From positions 62,001 through 126,000 of the forward strand of contig JBDOQK010000054.1 of assembly GCA_040437565.1 (NCBI GenBank): a stretch of 64,000 bases of DNA, read 5' to 3'. Source of the DNA: Albugo candida (Eukaryota). The position numbers were made by a program, and so were the translations under genes. The notes under the pieces were generated by a model, which ran no database searches, was not told the DNA's origin, and was given only the letters and a program-made list of their open reading frames with translations. Below are positions 26,806-38,566 of this stretch, piece by piece (positions within the stretch are counted from its first letter, which is position 1; every line of letters begins with the position of its first letter).

Positions 26806-27816
26806 TTACTGAACATTTCTCGCGGTCGATGTAAGGTTGATTTCTTCATCCGTGCTTGAAAACTGTCCCGAGGCGTTTTGTGCGGCAACACCGACTTCAG
26901 AAGACTGACCCGAAGACTGAGTAAGTTTTGGATTGAATATTTTGAATTGCGGTGCTGTTTCTTTCGGTCCGGTCTTTACTGTTTGCGCAGAGTAAGGATT
27001 GCTGTTATTGGCGGCAATCGGTACAGAAGGCGATTCCCATGAATTTGAGGGCGGTGGGGCTGTTACTTTGACGGCTTTCACATTGCCAAATTTTGCAGTA
27101 AGCGCCTCATTCCCCACGCTCGACCCGAAGCCATCTGCTTGGATAGGTCGTTGTGTTCTCGTGATTTTGGCAGTATTTCGTGGAATGGCGCAGTGCGAAG
27201 GAGCTGCATACAGGTTGTTAGACTGCATCGGAGGCGCATTCGGCACCTGGCCTGAATTAGTGTTGTACCCCAGATCAGTTGGCGGAGGAGCGATCTCTGG
27301 TTTCCGTTCCATTGGATCGCTGCTTGGTGTGATTCCTGGTGGTAGATATGCAGCAGCTTCATTAGGATCTTCATGCCGAAACTGAAGTGGAAGAAGAAAC
27401 TGTCGAATATAATCGCCTTTTGCAACCTCATAAGCGGTTTGCCGTGTGTTATTACGAATGGCCGGGTTTGCACCACGATTAATGAGATACTTTACAGCTT
27501 CCTCGTGACTCTGCGACGCCGCTAGATGTAGTGTCGTATTTCCTCTTGGCCCAATCGCATTCACATCGACACCGCGATCAAGTAAGCACTCTATCATTCG
27601 AATTCGACCGTGATATGCAGCGGTATGAACTGGCAAATAACCAGCGGGATTAAGTGCGTTTATCAAATCAAGTTGAGAGTCATCCAATAAGCGCATAAAT
27701 TTTTCATCGATGCCTTCTTCAATGGACGCATGAAGTTGCTCTTCAGGGCTCGATGTCGGCGCTAAAATATCCCCCAGATTCTTCACGTTTAATTTGTCTG
27801 CGAGAAAGCTAAACAT
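26806..27816 (-). CDS. Ankyrin-repeat protein with Pro-rich tail
   Basis: GYLPVHTAAYHGRIRMIECLLDRGVDVN and GNTTLHLAASQSHEEAVKYLINRGANP; intronless 336 aa. Confidence 0.9.
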   Translation of the reverse strand: MFSFLADKLNVKNLGDILAPTSSPEEQLHASIEEGIDEKFMRLLDDSQLDLINALNPAGYLPVHTAAYHGRIRMIECLLDRGVDVNAIGPRGNTTLHLAASQSHEEAVKYLINRGANPAIRNNTRQTAYEVAKGDYIRQFLLPLQFRHEDPNEAAAYLPPGITPSSDPMERKPEIAPPPTDLGYNTNSGQVPNAPPMQSNNLYAAPSHCAIPRNTAKITRTQRPIQADGFGSSVGNEALTAKFGNVKAVKVTAPPPSNSWESPSVPIAANNSNPYSAQTVKTGPKETAPQFKIFNPKLTQSSGQSSEVGVAAQNASGQFSSTDEEINLTSTARNVQ

Positions 27817-28429
27817 GGTATTAATGACCTATTCGTGCAGAGCGAATGCCATTGGACGAAATACGATAAATTATATCCAATCCGATGACACTAGCATGAA
27901 GCTAGTCATGGAAGAATTTGAAGGGATAAACAAGGCTTTGCCAGGTCGTTGCTGTGAGAAGCTTAATATTAGATTATCTCCTAGTTGCAGTGATCTCATT
28001 GTGCCACACTGAAAATTACATCAAAAAGCACTTTGCATCCTATCCCCACGCACTCTATAAAGCGCCTACAAGCAGTTCCATTCGTGAATCTATAAAAACG
28101 CATTGAGTGTACGTCAGTGCAGCCTGGCGAAAGTACGTGGAGGAAAGGCACTCCAAAAATTTGCATATTAAGGATGTCTGCATACAAATTGTCTGTAAAT
28201 GTATAGAGCGCTACTAAAGTAAATTACACACATTCTCGCCCTAATTCTTATTGGTTGAATCACACATGCGCCAGTCTGATCTCGACCATTTTTTTGTATG
28301 GAACGCCAGCAGCTGGCACCAGAAAATACAGCAGGTTCCGAGAAACAAGCACGCTTACATGGATGCATACCCAAACATCGTGGAATGCAGAGATCATGCT
28401 GGAGCTGAGAAACGTGAGTTTTCTTTGCT

Positions 28430-28454
28430 GTGTTTTCTCTTCGCTCTATGCAGA
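28430..28454 (+). promoter_or_regulatory. Shared upstream element, paralog A
   Basis: GTGTTTTCTCTTCGCTCTATGCAGA at about -145..-121 from ATG 28575; Inr/FPR-like CCATTTCCAAATTT at 28495-28508. Confidence 0.65.
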
Positions 28455-28574
28455 TAACGCTATTTAACTGCGAAAGCACTCCTTACCAACATTCCCATTT
28501 CCAAATTTCTGTCTTCTTCAACAGACCAACTACAAACACTCTCGACACATTTGTCCGAGTAACGACTATCAATC

Positions 28575-29454
28575 ATGCAGATCAAATGGATTGTCTCCCT
28601 TGTAACTGCTGCAGTCGCGTACAGTGAGTATGTGAATGGCAATGGCGAAGATTGTCACACACCCGATCACGGTGACCCAGTCCCAGGTCCGCCTGGTTCT
28701 AACCCACCTGCTCCTGTGGTCACGCCTCCAAAATCAACTCCCCCCGGTGGTCAGCCTGTTCCACCCGTGGTCACGCCCCCAAAATCAACTTCGCCCGGTG
28801 ATCAGCCTGTTCCACCCGTGGTCACGCCTCCAAAATCAACTCCCCCCGGTGATCAGCCTGTTCCACCCGTGGTCACGCCNNNNNNNNNNNNNNNNNNNNN
28901 NNNNNNNNNNNNNNNNNNNNNNNNNNNNNNNNNNNNNNNNNNNNNNNNNNNNNNNNNNNNNNNNNNNNNNNNNNNNNNNTGGAGGAGGAAAGGGTGGCGG
29001 TGTAGGAGGAGAAAGTGGTGGTGATCAACCAGGAGGAGGAAGTGGAGGTGGTAGTGGAGGTGGCAGTGGAGGAGGAAAGGGTGGCGGTGTAGGAGGAGAA
29101 AGTGGTGGTGATCAACCAGGAGGTGGAAGTGGTGGAGGAAGTGGTGGAGGAAGTGGAGGTGGTAGTGGAGAAGGAGGTGGAGGTGGAGCTGTGTGCCCAC
29201 CTAATAGTCACTTTGTCAATGTTTGTACCAGCGATGACTGTTTGATGGTCAGCGTTGCAAATAAAGGTACTTTTCCAGTTCTTAATTCACAAGGAAATGT
29301 GTGCTCCGGTAGTGCCACTACAGGTGCTTGCCCCAAGGCAGGAGCCTACGGCGCTGGCGATCCTAACGGTACAATTACGAAGCTTGAAAAAAGCTCATGC
29401 TGCATATTAATGCCTTCCGGTGCATATGGTTGTGGAGAGTGCCCTCCGATGTAA
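28575..29454 (+). CDS. Secreted Pro/Gly-rich repeat protein with C-terminal Cys-rich domain (paralog A)
   Basis: Signal-like MQIKWIVSLVTAAVAYS, 17-aa Pro-rich repeats, a gap, Gly-rich repeats, then CLMVSVANKGTF..VCSG..GACPKAGAYG..CCILMPSGAYGC. The frame change across the N-gap is most likely because the gap length is arbitrary. Confidence 0.85.
28713..28879 (+). repeat. 51-nt coding tandem repeat (PVVTPPKSTPPGDQPVP), at least 3.3 copies, running into the gap
   Basis: Direct repeats of gtggtcacgcc(t/c)ccaaaatcaact...cagcctgttccaccc. Confidence 0.9.
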
Positions 29455-30813
29455 TGATCCAATTATGGAAGTCCTTGCAATGGAGGCACAAGCATTCAAC
29501 AAGTACATGTTTGAGAATAGTTGTTGCGTATTTTCATAATGAAAGAATTTTTTCTGTTCCATTGTTTCTTTGTTTATGGTCATATTGCTCACGCTTCAAC
29601 ACCTCCTTCACATTGTCAGTTGCCCATTGCGAGTAGTGAGCTTTACTAGTTCAAAACTGCATTCCGGATTGTTTCCTCTAGTTTTCGCTCAGCCAGTTTT
29701 GTAATATCGCGCTCTAGTCGTGGAGCCCGAAAACAGATCAAAACCATAGACGATATATGGGCTCATAAAATGCCGTGATGTCTCAGACAAGGAAGGGTCA
29801 ATCATGCCCCGGCACTACGTTATTCCTTTATATGCATTGTGATCTGAACGTCTGGGAAGATGCCTCAATGCCATGTCCAAGTGGGAGTGGAAAGCTTTCC
29901 ACCTGTGCTCGAAGGATCCGTTGACATAATCAAAAGGTAATTATACTATAATCTATTCGCAAAATAACATTAAATAGCATTACCACCTTGTAATGATCTA
30001 GCGTGGATGTATGGACGAGATTACGAATTCGAAATGAGAAATGACTGATCGAAGTGGTCAAACAGATTGAATTCTTATCTCAGACAACGAATCGATCATT
30101 GTCAATTGTCAGCATGGCTTCCTTTCCATGCTTATGTGTTGATATGCATGTGCTGGTGTCATGGGATTGGTGTTTTAGCGAGCAAATATCGTGAATTAGG
30201 TATCGAGCATCCAGCAACAAAAAGAGAGCACGAAATGCAAGAAATCAGCGTTGTGTTGATAGTCAATGCAGTGCTTATGTCGGGTGACTGCATTCACCTG
30301 GTCGTACGACTGCCTCGCAAGTACCAAACGTAAGCTACAGATGTCACCGTAATAACGACTAGTTTTGGAATTGTCAGACAAAATAATGACAATTATCATC
30401 GCTTCAAAAGATGCATGGTTTTCGCCTGTTGTCATCGCGGGCACAATGAAGTATCATCATCCTAAGACGAATCCGAAAGAAACTATTGTTGTCACGTAAG
30501 AGCGACTTGAAGGCATCTCCCCAGAGAACACTTCTGAACTTGTGATTTCTGTGATAATCCAACTTTAGGAATGAAACGAACTGTTGTATGTATACACCAC
30601 AGCAGCTGAGTGACTTTACAACGCATCAACAAACCCATTGTTCTCCAGTTGTGCTTTCCCACTGCACTATTTCCCATGACGACGTATTTATCCAAAGAGA
30701 GGCTGGTGAGTTAAAGTTGTGGTTTTTGAATGCATCGTGATACTGGTGGGTACCAATATTCGACCACGGCCAGTCTATTCACGTCAAAGCCAATGCAGCG
30801 AATTAGCCTAAAA

Positions 30814-31569
30814 ATGCTGGTCACGGGGTGAGATTACATTGGCTGGTGATAGTACTCGCTGCATGTGCGAGCTGTATACAATTTAGCGAGAACGATTATA
30901 TCTCAAGCGATCAGTCTCCATGATCTTCATCATTTCGGCATGTCGGCCGCACTCTAGGAGGTTTATGGACGATCTTATCCCAGTCTCCCATTGATCGAAC
31001 AATTGACTTGGATATATCCTGAAGTGAATTCGACCGAGCTCGTGCAGACCTGCAGCCATAAGCCAGGTGTATTTTCGAAAAGTGCACCGAGTAAATCGAA
31101 CAATACCTTGCCCTCGCAGTGTGAGCATTCGCTGAATGCTTTGACACATTGGCCAAGATGGGTCCCATCTATGCTCGTGTGATAACGGTAAGTCTCAATG
31201 TACCGCATTGAATGACTTTTAATCATGATAAATAATGCAAAAGACTATCGCATGATTCCCTATGTACGAGTCGTAGGCACCGACCAAATCTCAGGCTTTA
31301 TAACAAGGGATAATCAGCAAGAATCGTGCGCAACTTGCACTGAATATAGCTTTGACCGCTGTGTCAACTGTGAGTGCATACAGATCGTCAGAAATGAATT
31401 GCTGGATGCACATTTTGAGCTATTGAAAATTGATCGCTCGGATACAACGGGACTCGAACGATGCATGCACGCTGCGCGATACACAGAGTCATTTTGGAAG
31501 AGAGAGCTAAATAAGGATTTTGTTTCACTCGCTTGGGGAGGGTTTCGTTGGAAATCAAGAAGAAAATAA
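30814..31569 (+). pseudogene. Possible decayed secreted (effector-like) gene
   Basis: ATGCTGGTCACGGGGTGAGA gives MLVTG/VRLHWLVIVLAACASC (signal-like) with one frameshift. Stops follow, then RHVGRTLG and downstream Cys pairs (CATC, CVNCEC). Confidence 0.35.
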
Positions 31570-32569
31570 TTACTTCCTGACTACAAATGCCCGACACAAG
31601 TGAATGATTGTAAAAGAATTGATAGCTAATCGCAGTTTGAACGATACATAGCTTTCACAGCATAATTTTCATTGGNNNNNNNNNNNNNNNNNNNNNNNNN
31701 NNNNNNNNNNNNNNNNNNNNNNNNNNNNNNNNNNNNNNNNNNNNNNNNNNNNNNNNNNNNNNNNNNNNNNNNNNNGTCAACTGTGAGTGCATACAGATCG
31801 TCAGAAATGAATTGCTGGATGCACATTTTGAGCTATTGAAAATTGATCGCTCGGATACAACGGGACTCGAACGATGCATGCACGCTGCGCGATACACAGA
31901 GTCATTTTGGAAGAGAGAGCTAAATAAGGATTTTGTTTCACTCGCTTGGGGAGGGTTTCGTTGGAAATCAAGAAGAAAATAATTACTTCCTGACTACAAA
32001 TGCCCGACACAAGTGAATGATTGTAAAAGAATTGATAGCTAATCGCAGTTTGAACGATACATAGCTTTCACAGCATAATTTTCATTGGTGGGGTTTGAAC
32101 CCTCAGCATGACGGTCCCGACTTCATCCGAGTTTATTTTTCACTACACATTCAAGATCACTGTCAATACAGAAGTATATGTAATCATTGTAATAAATAAT
32201 GTGGCAAGAGGATAATTGAAAAAAGAGGAAGAACGCTTTAACTACCATACTCAATCTTTAGACTAATTAGATTGCACGCCAAATGCAAGCAAATTCAATC
32301 ATGTTTGAACTTTGTAGGCTGTACGTGTTGTGGGCCTTCTAAATGTCAAAACCCTGATAAAGCATGCTAGTCCCAATTGGTATATCTTTCACACGAATTC
32401 ATGCTGTAACGATGCATTGATTAGCTTCCGGACTACAGGCTGGTACTGACGCTCACGGAATCTCCTTCATCGATTACATGCGCTATAATTGTTCTCATTT
32501 AGTGACCTTCGCACCGCTGCACGGATGCGGCTGATAATTGTGATACCTAATGCATATGGTGTATTCGTT

Positions 32570-33220
32570 TTCAAGAGCGCCAAGTACTTTCTCCCTATAT
32601 TTGCCACTGACGCACAAGACAACGCACAGTCTTAGTGTATTTGACGGTCAGGTTTACCTCTTGAAATGTATCGATCATAATTCCCATTGGATGCGAAGCA
32701 TTATGGAGTCTTTTATTGTGAAGAGTGTCAAGGAATTCTACGAATGACTTATACATTGCATGTATGCGGGTATCTGATAGAAGACGTAATATCGGGCGAG
32801 TAGAGATTTCAGTGCTTCTGTGGTCCTTGGGGGCTAGACTAATATGCTGTCAAGAAGGCTTTGCCAAGCTGTATGATCCGTCCACTTCAGTTCAGCTTAA
32901 CGACATCATTAGCGCCACTTATCCTTTGAGCAATCGTATATGAATCGTATATGACATCTTGATAGCTCAATTAGCTGGTCTTGGGGACGTCTTCGGATAT
33001 CATACGCTTTATCGAATTGTTCACCACGATCGGTGAGTCGGATGATCGGCATTATTTGCAGGTTCAGCTCACTGAATCGGATCTTGGCAAGTGATAGGGA
33101 TTATGCTTGTGATACTCCAGCTCCTAGCCCGAAACTGGGCTCATTTGAAATGATGCCTACACTTCGAAAATATTAAAAATCTTTTTCTGGCTAATAGACC
33201 GATGTTTTGTCCTGATGAAC
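32570..33220 (-). mobile_element. Highly degenerate non-LTR (LINE) reverse-transcriptase remnant
   Basis: Minus strand, in RT order: KHRSISQ, QFRARSWSIT (33109-33137), QFDKAYD (32999-33019), a PQG-like gcccccaagga, LTVKYTK and a KYL-like segment. Many stops. Confidence 0.4.
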
Positions 33221-33719
33221 CTTGTGTGCCAGAGCTCACAACGTCTCAGCTCTGCTCTGCCGGTATGCATCTAGTGATCCTCCATCTGTACATCTTCACG
33301 TAAAATTCCTTGCATGTCCTGTCCCCTGCAGCGCACTCACGCGATGCTCCTTTCCTTCCTGATCATCCTTTGACCGTACCGTCAGAACAGTACCCGTAGT
33401 GCTACATGTGCGGTTAATTGCAAGAAATCATCCACCTTCGTTCGGGACCTCTGTGACACGCAGTTGACGGATGGCATCGAATTTCTCTCCGTTTTGTCCA
33501 TGCGGCATCGCGATGCACAACCGTAAAACTTTTTACCTTCATTAGTGGTACACAGTACCATTAATGGTCTTTCTATCGAATTCAACCAATGTCTCTTCCT
33601 GTTGGCAAAGAGAAGCCAATCGAAGCTCGCTTGCCATATATATCAATACCGCTCTACAGCCACAATTCTCTATACCGGAAAGCCTGAAATCACGAATGAT
33701 TGCTCTATTTCAGTAAAGT

Positions 33720-34120
33720 CAACACTTACAATTACAATGCTCTATACACATCAAATATTTGACGCTCCATGCCGCTGAGGCTTTTTAGCTACAACTAAAC
33801 TGCTCTAATGCAAAAAGCCTAGCATCCACAAATTCAAAGCTCTATATCGAGGCATGAATCGACGCTCAATTCCATCAGCATATACAATATAAGTACGTGT
33901 GCTATTGAGCATAAAGGGTAGCATCCACAAATTCAAAGATCTAAACTCAGGTCTCATATCTGACGCTCTATACCACACAGCATGGCAATTACAACTACAT
34001 TACTCTAGTTATTGGGTCCAGTATCCACAAATTCAAAGCTCTAGACACAGACATGATTTTCGACGCTCCTTTCCATCAGCATAATAAATACAAGTCCATG
34101 ATACAGCAACTCGATACAAC
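33720..34120. repeat. Degenerate ~100-bp tandem repeat, about 4 units
   Basis: AG(C/T)ATCCACAAATTCAAAG(C/A)TCTA starts at 33821, 33920 and 34020; GACGCTC at 33761, 33861, 33962 and 34062. Confidence 0.85.
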
Positions 34121-34316
34121 TTTATCTTTTAGTATTTCATTCAACATTCCGATACAGCGCTTCTACAAGAAAACCTAGGTTTCATGGGTTCAATGCTCTA
34201 TTCTCAAGCCCTGCAAGTACGACACAATGCTCTATGGTTTGAATTAGACAATGCTTTATGGAGCATACAGCGCAACTCTACGCACTAATCACACGTTTCT
34301 TTCAAGTCGGAATCAT

Positions 34317-34331
34317 TCATTCTTCAATTTT
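34317..34331 (+). promoter_or_regulatory. Oomycete Inr+FPR core promoter
   Basis: TCATTCTTCAATTTT, starting 30 nt upstream of ATG 34347. Confidence 0.7.
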
Positions 34332-34346
34332 CTCCATTCTACTACA

Positions 34347-34943
34347 ATGCATTCCAAGTCTCTTCAGATAGCGTTCCACCTCTTCGCGCTTTATCATCAA
34401 GTGCTAGGCAGTATCATGTCTTATTACGAACAAGACACTGTCAACGATCAGAATACCATCACCCTCTCAGCTGACAGTCCAATGACATGCACTCAACTAC
34501 TTCAAGCTGGTTTCAAGAACGCAAACATGTTTACACTAGTCAATGCCAATTGGGGTGTTACATGCTACTTCAAGAATAATCCAATACCAGTGGCCTTGAA
34601 ATCAATGGGCGGTGTTCAGGTGCATGTTCGCATGGATACTCCTGCGGATCCAAATTCGTGTGCGCCTGTCGGGTCACCTTGTGCGAATGACGAATGTTGC
34701 GGTTCCAGTCAATGTAGTGGATTCAGCAACAAGTGTAACGCACCAGCTTCTGTCTTGGTTGACGTAGACTTTGGTGGAGAATGGTACAACAGGGTCCAGG
34801 TTCCCGACTCAGATACTTGTCGAAATGCCTGCTATTCAGACCAACAGTGTTTGTATCACGTATATTACCAGAATTTCTGTTATCTGAAGAACGACATAAC
34901 AAACGCCACTAGTAGCGGTGGCAGATATTCTTGGTTCAAGTAG
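34347..34943 (+). CDS. Secreted PAN/Apple-domain protein with central cystine knot (198 aa)
   Basis: Signal-like MHSKSLQIAFHLFALYHQVLG, a degenerate PAN ending TCYFKN, C-x6-C-x4-CC-x4-C-x6-C, then a PAN domain DVDFGG..TCRNACYSDQQCLYHVYYQNFCYLKN. Confidence 0.85.
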   Translation: MHSKSLQIAFHLFALYHQVLGSIMSYYEQDTVNDQNTITLSADSPMTCTQLLQAGFKNANMFTLVNANWGVTCYFKNNPIPVALKSMGGVQVHVRMDTPADPNSCAPVGSPCANDECCGSSQCSGFSNKCNAPASVLVDVDFGGEWYNRVQVPDSDTCRNACYSDQQCLYHVYYQNFCYLKNDITNATSSGGRYSWFK

Positions 34944-37900
34944 GGGCACCCTAAAGGCTCCATTTTTTGTTTTGTAGTTGTGCAATTGTGTAATTGAATG
35001 TCATTTCCGTCTTTTGGTTCTGAAGTTGTCTGGAGTATTAGGACTCGATGTAAAGCAGGTTATGTTTCATACAACGCTCATTGGCGTATCTAAGTAGTAG
35101 TGCACGAATGTCTAGTATTTGGTCAGAAGATCAACTACACATTACACTCATTACACAGTGATAATATAGTGAGCCAACCGCATTGACTGTATGCTAGAAA
35201 GAAAGCTTTCAAATGAACGCACGTAACTAATGACATTGTTTGACACGAAGTTGTCTCCAGTATGTAGTCTTAACTTGTATAGTACCACTAAAGTTGCTCA
35301 GGTTGTTGGTCCAATTCCTATAAGAAGTAGCTGTTGTACACAGGGATGGATCTGATTCTGCATGAGAAATCCACTGTTTTCTGGCTAGAACATGAGGCTT
35401 ATTCTATTTCATCCAAGCTTGGTCGTTAGTGAGATAAGATCCACTCAAGTATACACTCATGCATACACCCCAAGATATCAGAGGTACTTGCTCGGCCGAT
35501 GGATGCTTAATTCGACACCATCATCATTTGCATCAATCGAACGACAAATGGAATTTGGCACACGTCACACGCATCGTGTGACAGACGCGAGTCGATGAAT
35601 AAGTAACCCGTGGCTGAATCCTTCCTACTGTCGTTAGTCTCTCCTCTACCTGATTGAAATTCAGGTTCACGAGGACCGATGTCGCGAAAGGTGGCAAGGA
35701 TGTGTTTGCTCCTACTTTGAATGTATTTTCGAGTTGCAAAGTGTGCAGGATATAAATCAGCTCAAGAGAGAATATTTCGAGGAATTGCTAATATTATTCC
35801 GAAACATTACCGAGTCTATGACGAAGGAGTATGAATAAGGTTAGCAATGCATCTTACACCCTGCTCTGACTCATGTGATGCAAAGTAGGCCAAAGTTCCG
35901 AGATGTAAAATCAAGAAAGTCGTATTAAGCAAGGATTACAAGTGACCAGATCAAACTTGTTCAGAGCATGGTGCGTCTAATGACTGATGAAATCGTGCTT
36001 GTCTTCTTTCGCACACCGCAGTGAGAACACCAATGCCTTTCTTAAAGACAGCGGTCAACTCTCGCTTTCCTGAACTTCATTTAATACAGTAGCATGAGAA
36101 CGCAACGGTTGTGGAGCTTGCGCAGTCGTACTTTTGTCGATCGGAGATATTTGAGCATAGTACTAGGTCGTGCAATCAAGTATTTCAATGAGAGATCAAA
36201 AGCTGGATCGGAACTTCAAGGAAGTATATGACGATCCGTTCTCAATTCCCAAAGAACGTCGGCGGAGTAATTTGTTATTATGTACGCCATTTTACCAGTA
36301 TGATTGCGGCCATTTGGGTATGCTTGCTAGTTTGTTGCCATCGTATGCGTCTGCACCCTTCGTCAGAAACTCCTTGTAGTGGAATAACCGCCGCATCGAA
36401 CAATTTAGCACATATTTCGAATGTACTCGCGTTCATTCAAAGTGAAATTTTCTATCAAATTTCATTGCCGGGTTGAAGTTTGATACTTTAAGGAAACGAG
36501 AAAAACTGTCGAGTGTGCTGGTAATCATAGCCAGACATTCCAGCTACTCGGTCATCTAAATATCTTCCTCACGGGGCCGGTCAATTTAAGAATTTTGGCC
36601 CGTTGGCTTGATACTTATATGATACAGCTTTTTTAGCGCGTTTCGGTAGAATCGGAGATGTAATTTAATACAAACTGCCACTTGCAATGCTGAAAGTTAC
36701 CAATCAGCATATTCCTTCTCTTGTTCAGGTTTACAAATGCAGAATAAGCTATTTCCAGGATAATGAGCTTGCGCGATCAGTTCTTAGCTGAGTGCTAGGA
36801 CTATCTCAGGTTCTAACATCTCACAGAGCCTGTGGAAGTTCTATTAGTCGATGAATTATCTACAGCGAAGAGATGAGATAGGCAAAATCAGAATCTCACA
36901 CGGAAACGGCCTCGAGGTGACAAGGACTCATATGCAAAGGTGAAACCCGCTTATGTAAGAAGTAAATGCTCCGAACGAGTAAATTTCTGCAGAAAGAAGA
37001 CGAGTAATAGCTCATCTGTCTAAACGTGAGAAATCATTTAATTTGATCCTGGGGCCTCGCCATATGACAGAGTCCATTGAGCGGCAGAACAGAAACATGT
37101 TGGGTCTAGCGATATATTTACAGTCACAAAAGAGACGACGCAAACACAACAACGCTGGTGTCATCTACTGCGTGTGTCATTTGTATAGAAGGATATCAAT
37201 GCCTTCACGGCTCTTGTTCTACCGCCGTCGAAGCACTGCAAGTCACTATACGCAAAATAGATCAAGTTGATCGTCTCGCAATATTGCTATCGCCATCTTG
37301 GCTGCTGACTTTGCAATTGACTACAAGGGAGCACGCGTAGTAGGACATATGTTCGCTCAAGAAACTTGTGTGCCAATGTGAAGCCGAGTATGAGCTCCAT
37401 AAATATCCTGCTGGTATCGTTCCGATTCTCGGTACAAAAGAACATGCAAGAAGTCGACGAGGCTAGGGAGGGATATCATGGTCCGCTTGAAGTTCTCAGT
37501 TTAGCGCGACAGTTGTTTCACGAACAAGTTCGTTCTAATAGATGGGAAGAACTGAGCACCGATGCGGATACCTTCACGATTGTGAAATTACATCAGGCGA
37601 TCTGCGTCCCAATTAAACGACACTACGAGTATACTGATGCATGACATAAGCAAGTGCCAGAGGTACAATTGTCGCCGAACGGACTCGGAACGGGTCAAGT
37701 CAGCTTGTTGGTGGAAGCACATTGAGTACAATCAATTTCGAACAAGAACATTTTAGCACATGGAATTGAGGCTGTCGCCAATCAATATGGTACCAACAAT
37801 CCGCGAGCGATAATCACGACTGACAGGTACTGGCATACAATTAGCATGTTGAGAGATTCTGTATACAGGATGAAGGGCAATAGTAGCAGCTGGCTATACT

Positions 37901-38566
37901 CAAACCATCCCATTCAATACGACATGGTAGAAGAAACATCCGACTTTGTTTCTAAACGTAAACGTAAATGGCGTAACCCTTTCGTAACGTCGAGGCGCCT
38001 ATTTTTTCACCTGTAATGGTTCAAGTGCATCAGGTATCGTCTATTGCTCAGCAATGTAGAGATCACAAGATGGGTTCGTTTCCGCATCTCATTTGATGAC
38101 GTCAATACAACTCATTCCTTGAATTGTCCCAAAATTTATACATGGGCTTACCCGAGTCTTCGCTATTAGCGGGATCAAGTCACTCAAGCTTTATAAACCA
38201 TTTTAAGCGCATGTGATTCGTTTCAAGCCGGCTGGCTTGGATATGTTCCATGCATCAGTTATCTTATGAGCAAATAGTCGCAGTAGGAGATTCTATAATG
38301 CACGTCATTGCTCCAAAACATCAAAGAAACCAATGCTTTGCTATGAGGCGATATGATGATGTGTATCATTTCCAAAAGACTATACCATGGTGCGATTGAA
38401 GATCGAGGCAGCCACCCATATATACCGACATGTTATAAAAGCGCTTTCTGAGGTGTTCGAACGTGCGGTAGATAAGAATTAAAATGCTGACCAATGCAGT
38501 TGCTGATGAAACGTAGAGATCGCGCCTGAGAATACTTAAGGTTGATGGATCATACGCTTCATCTTA

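Noticed and set aside
28853-29211. His-rich and Thr/Ser-rich ORFs antisense to Gly repeats (also 51303-51503 and 51814-52212)
   Set aside because: Shadow frames of GGN-rich and Thr/Pro coding repeats.
32085-32135. tRNA T-loop/B-box-like GGGTTCAAACCCCACC on the minus strand
   Set aside because: I could not fold an acceptor, D or anticodon arm; at most a tRNA or SINE fragment.
33720-34120. CRISPR-like repeat/spacer appearance
   Set aside because: Eukaryotic context, no cas genes, degenerate repeats, and the inter-repeat segments are themselves partly homologous; treated as a tandem repeat.
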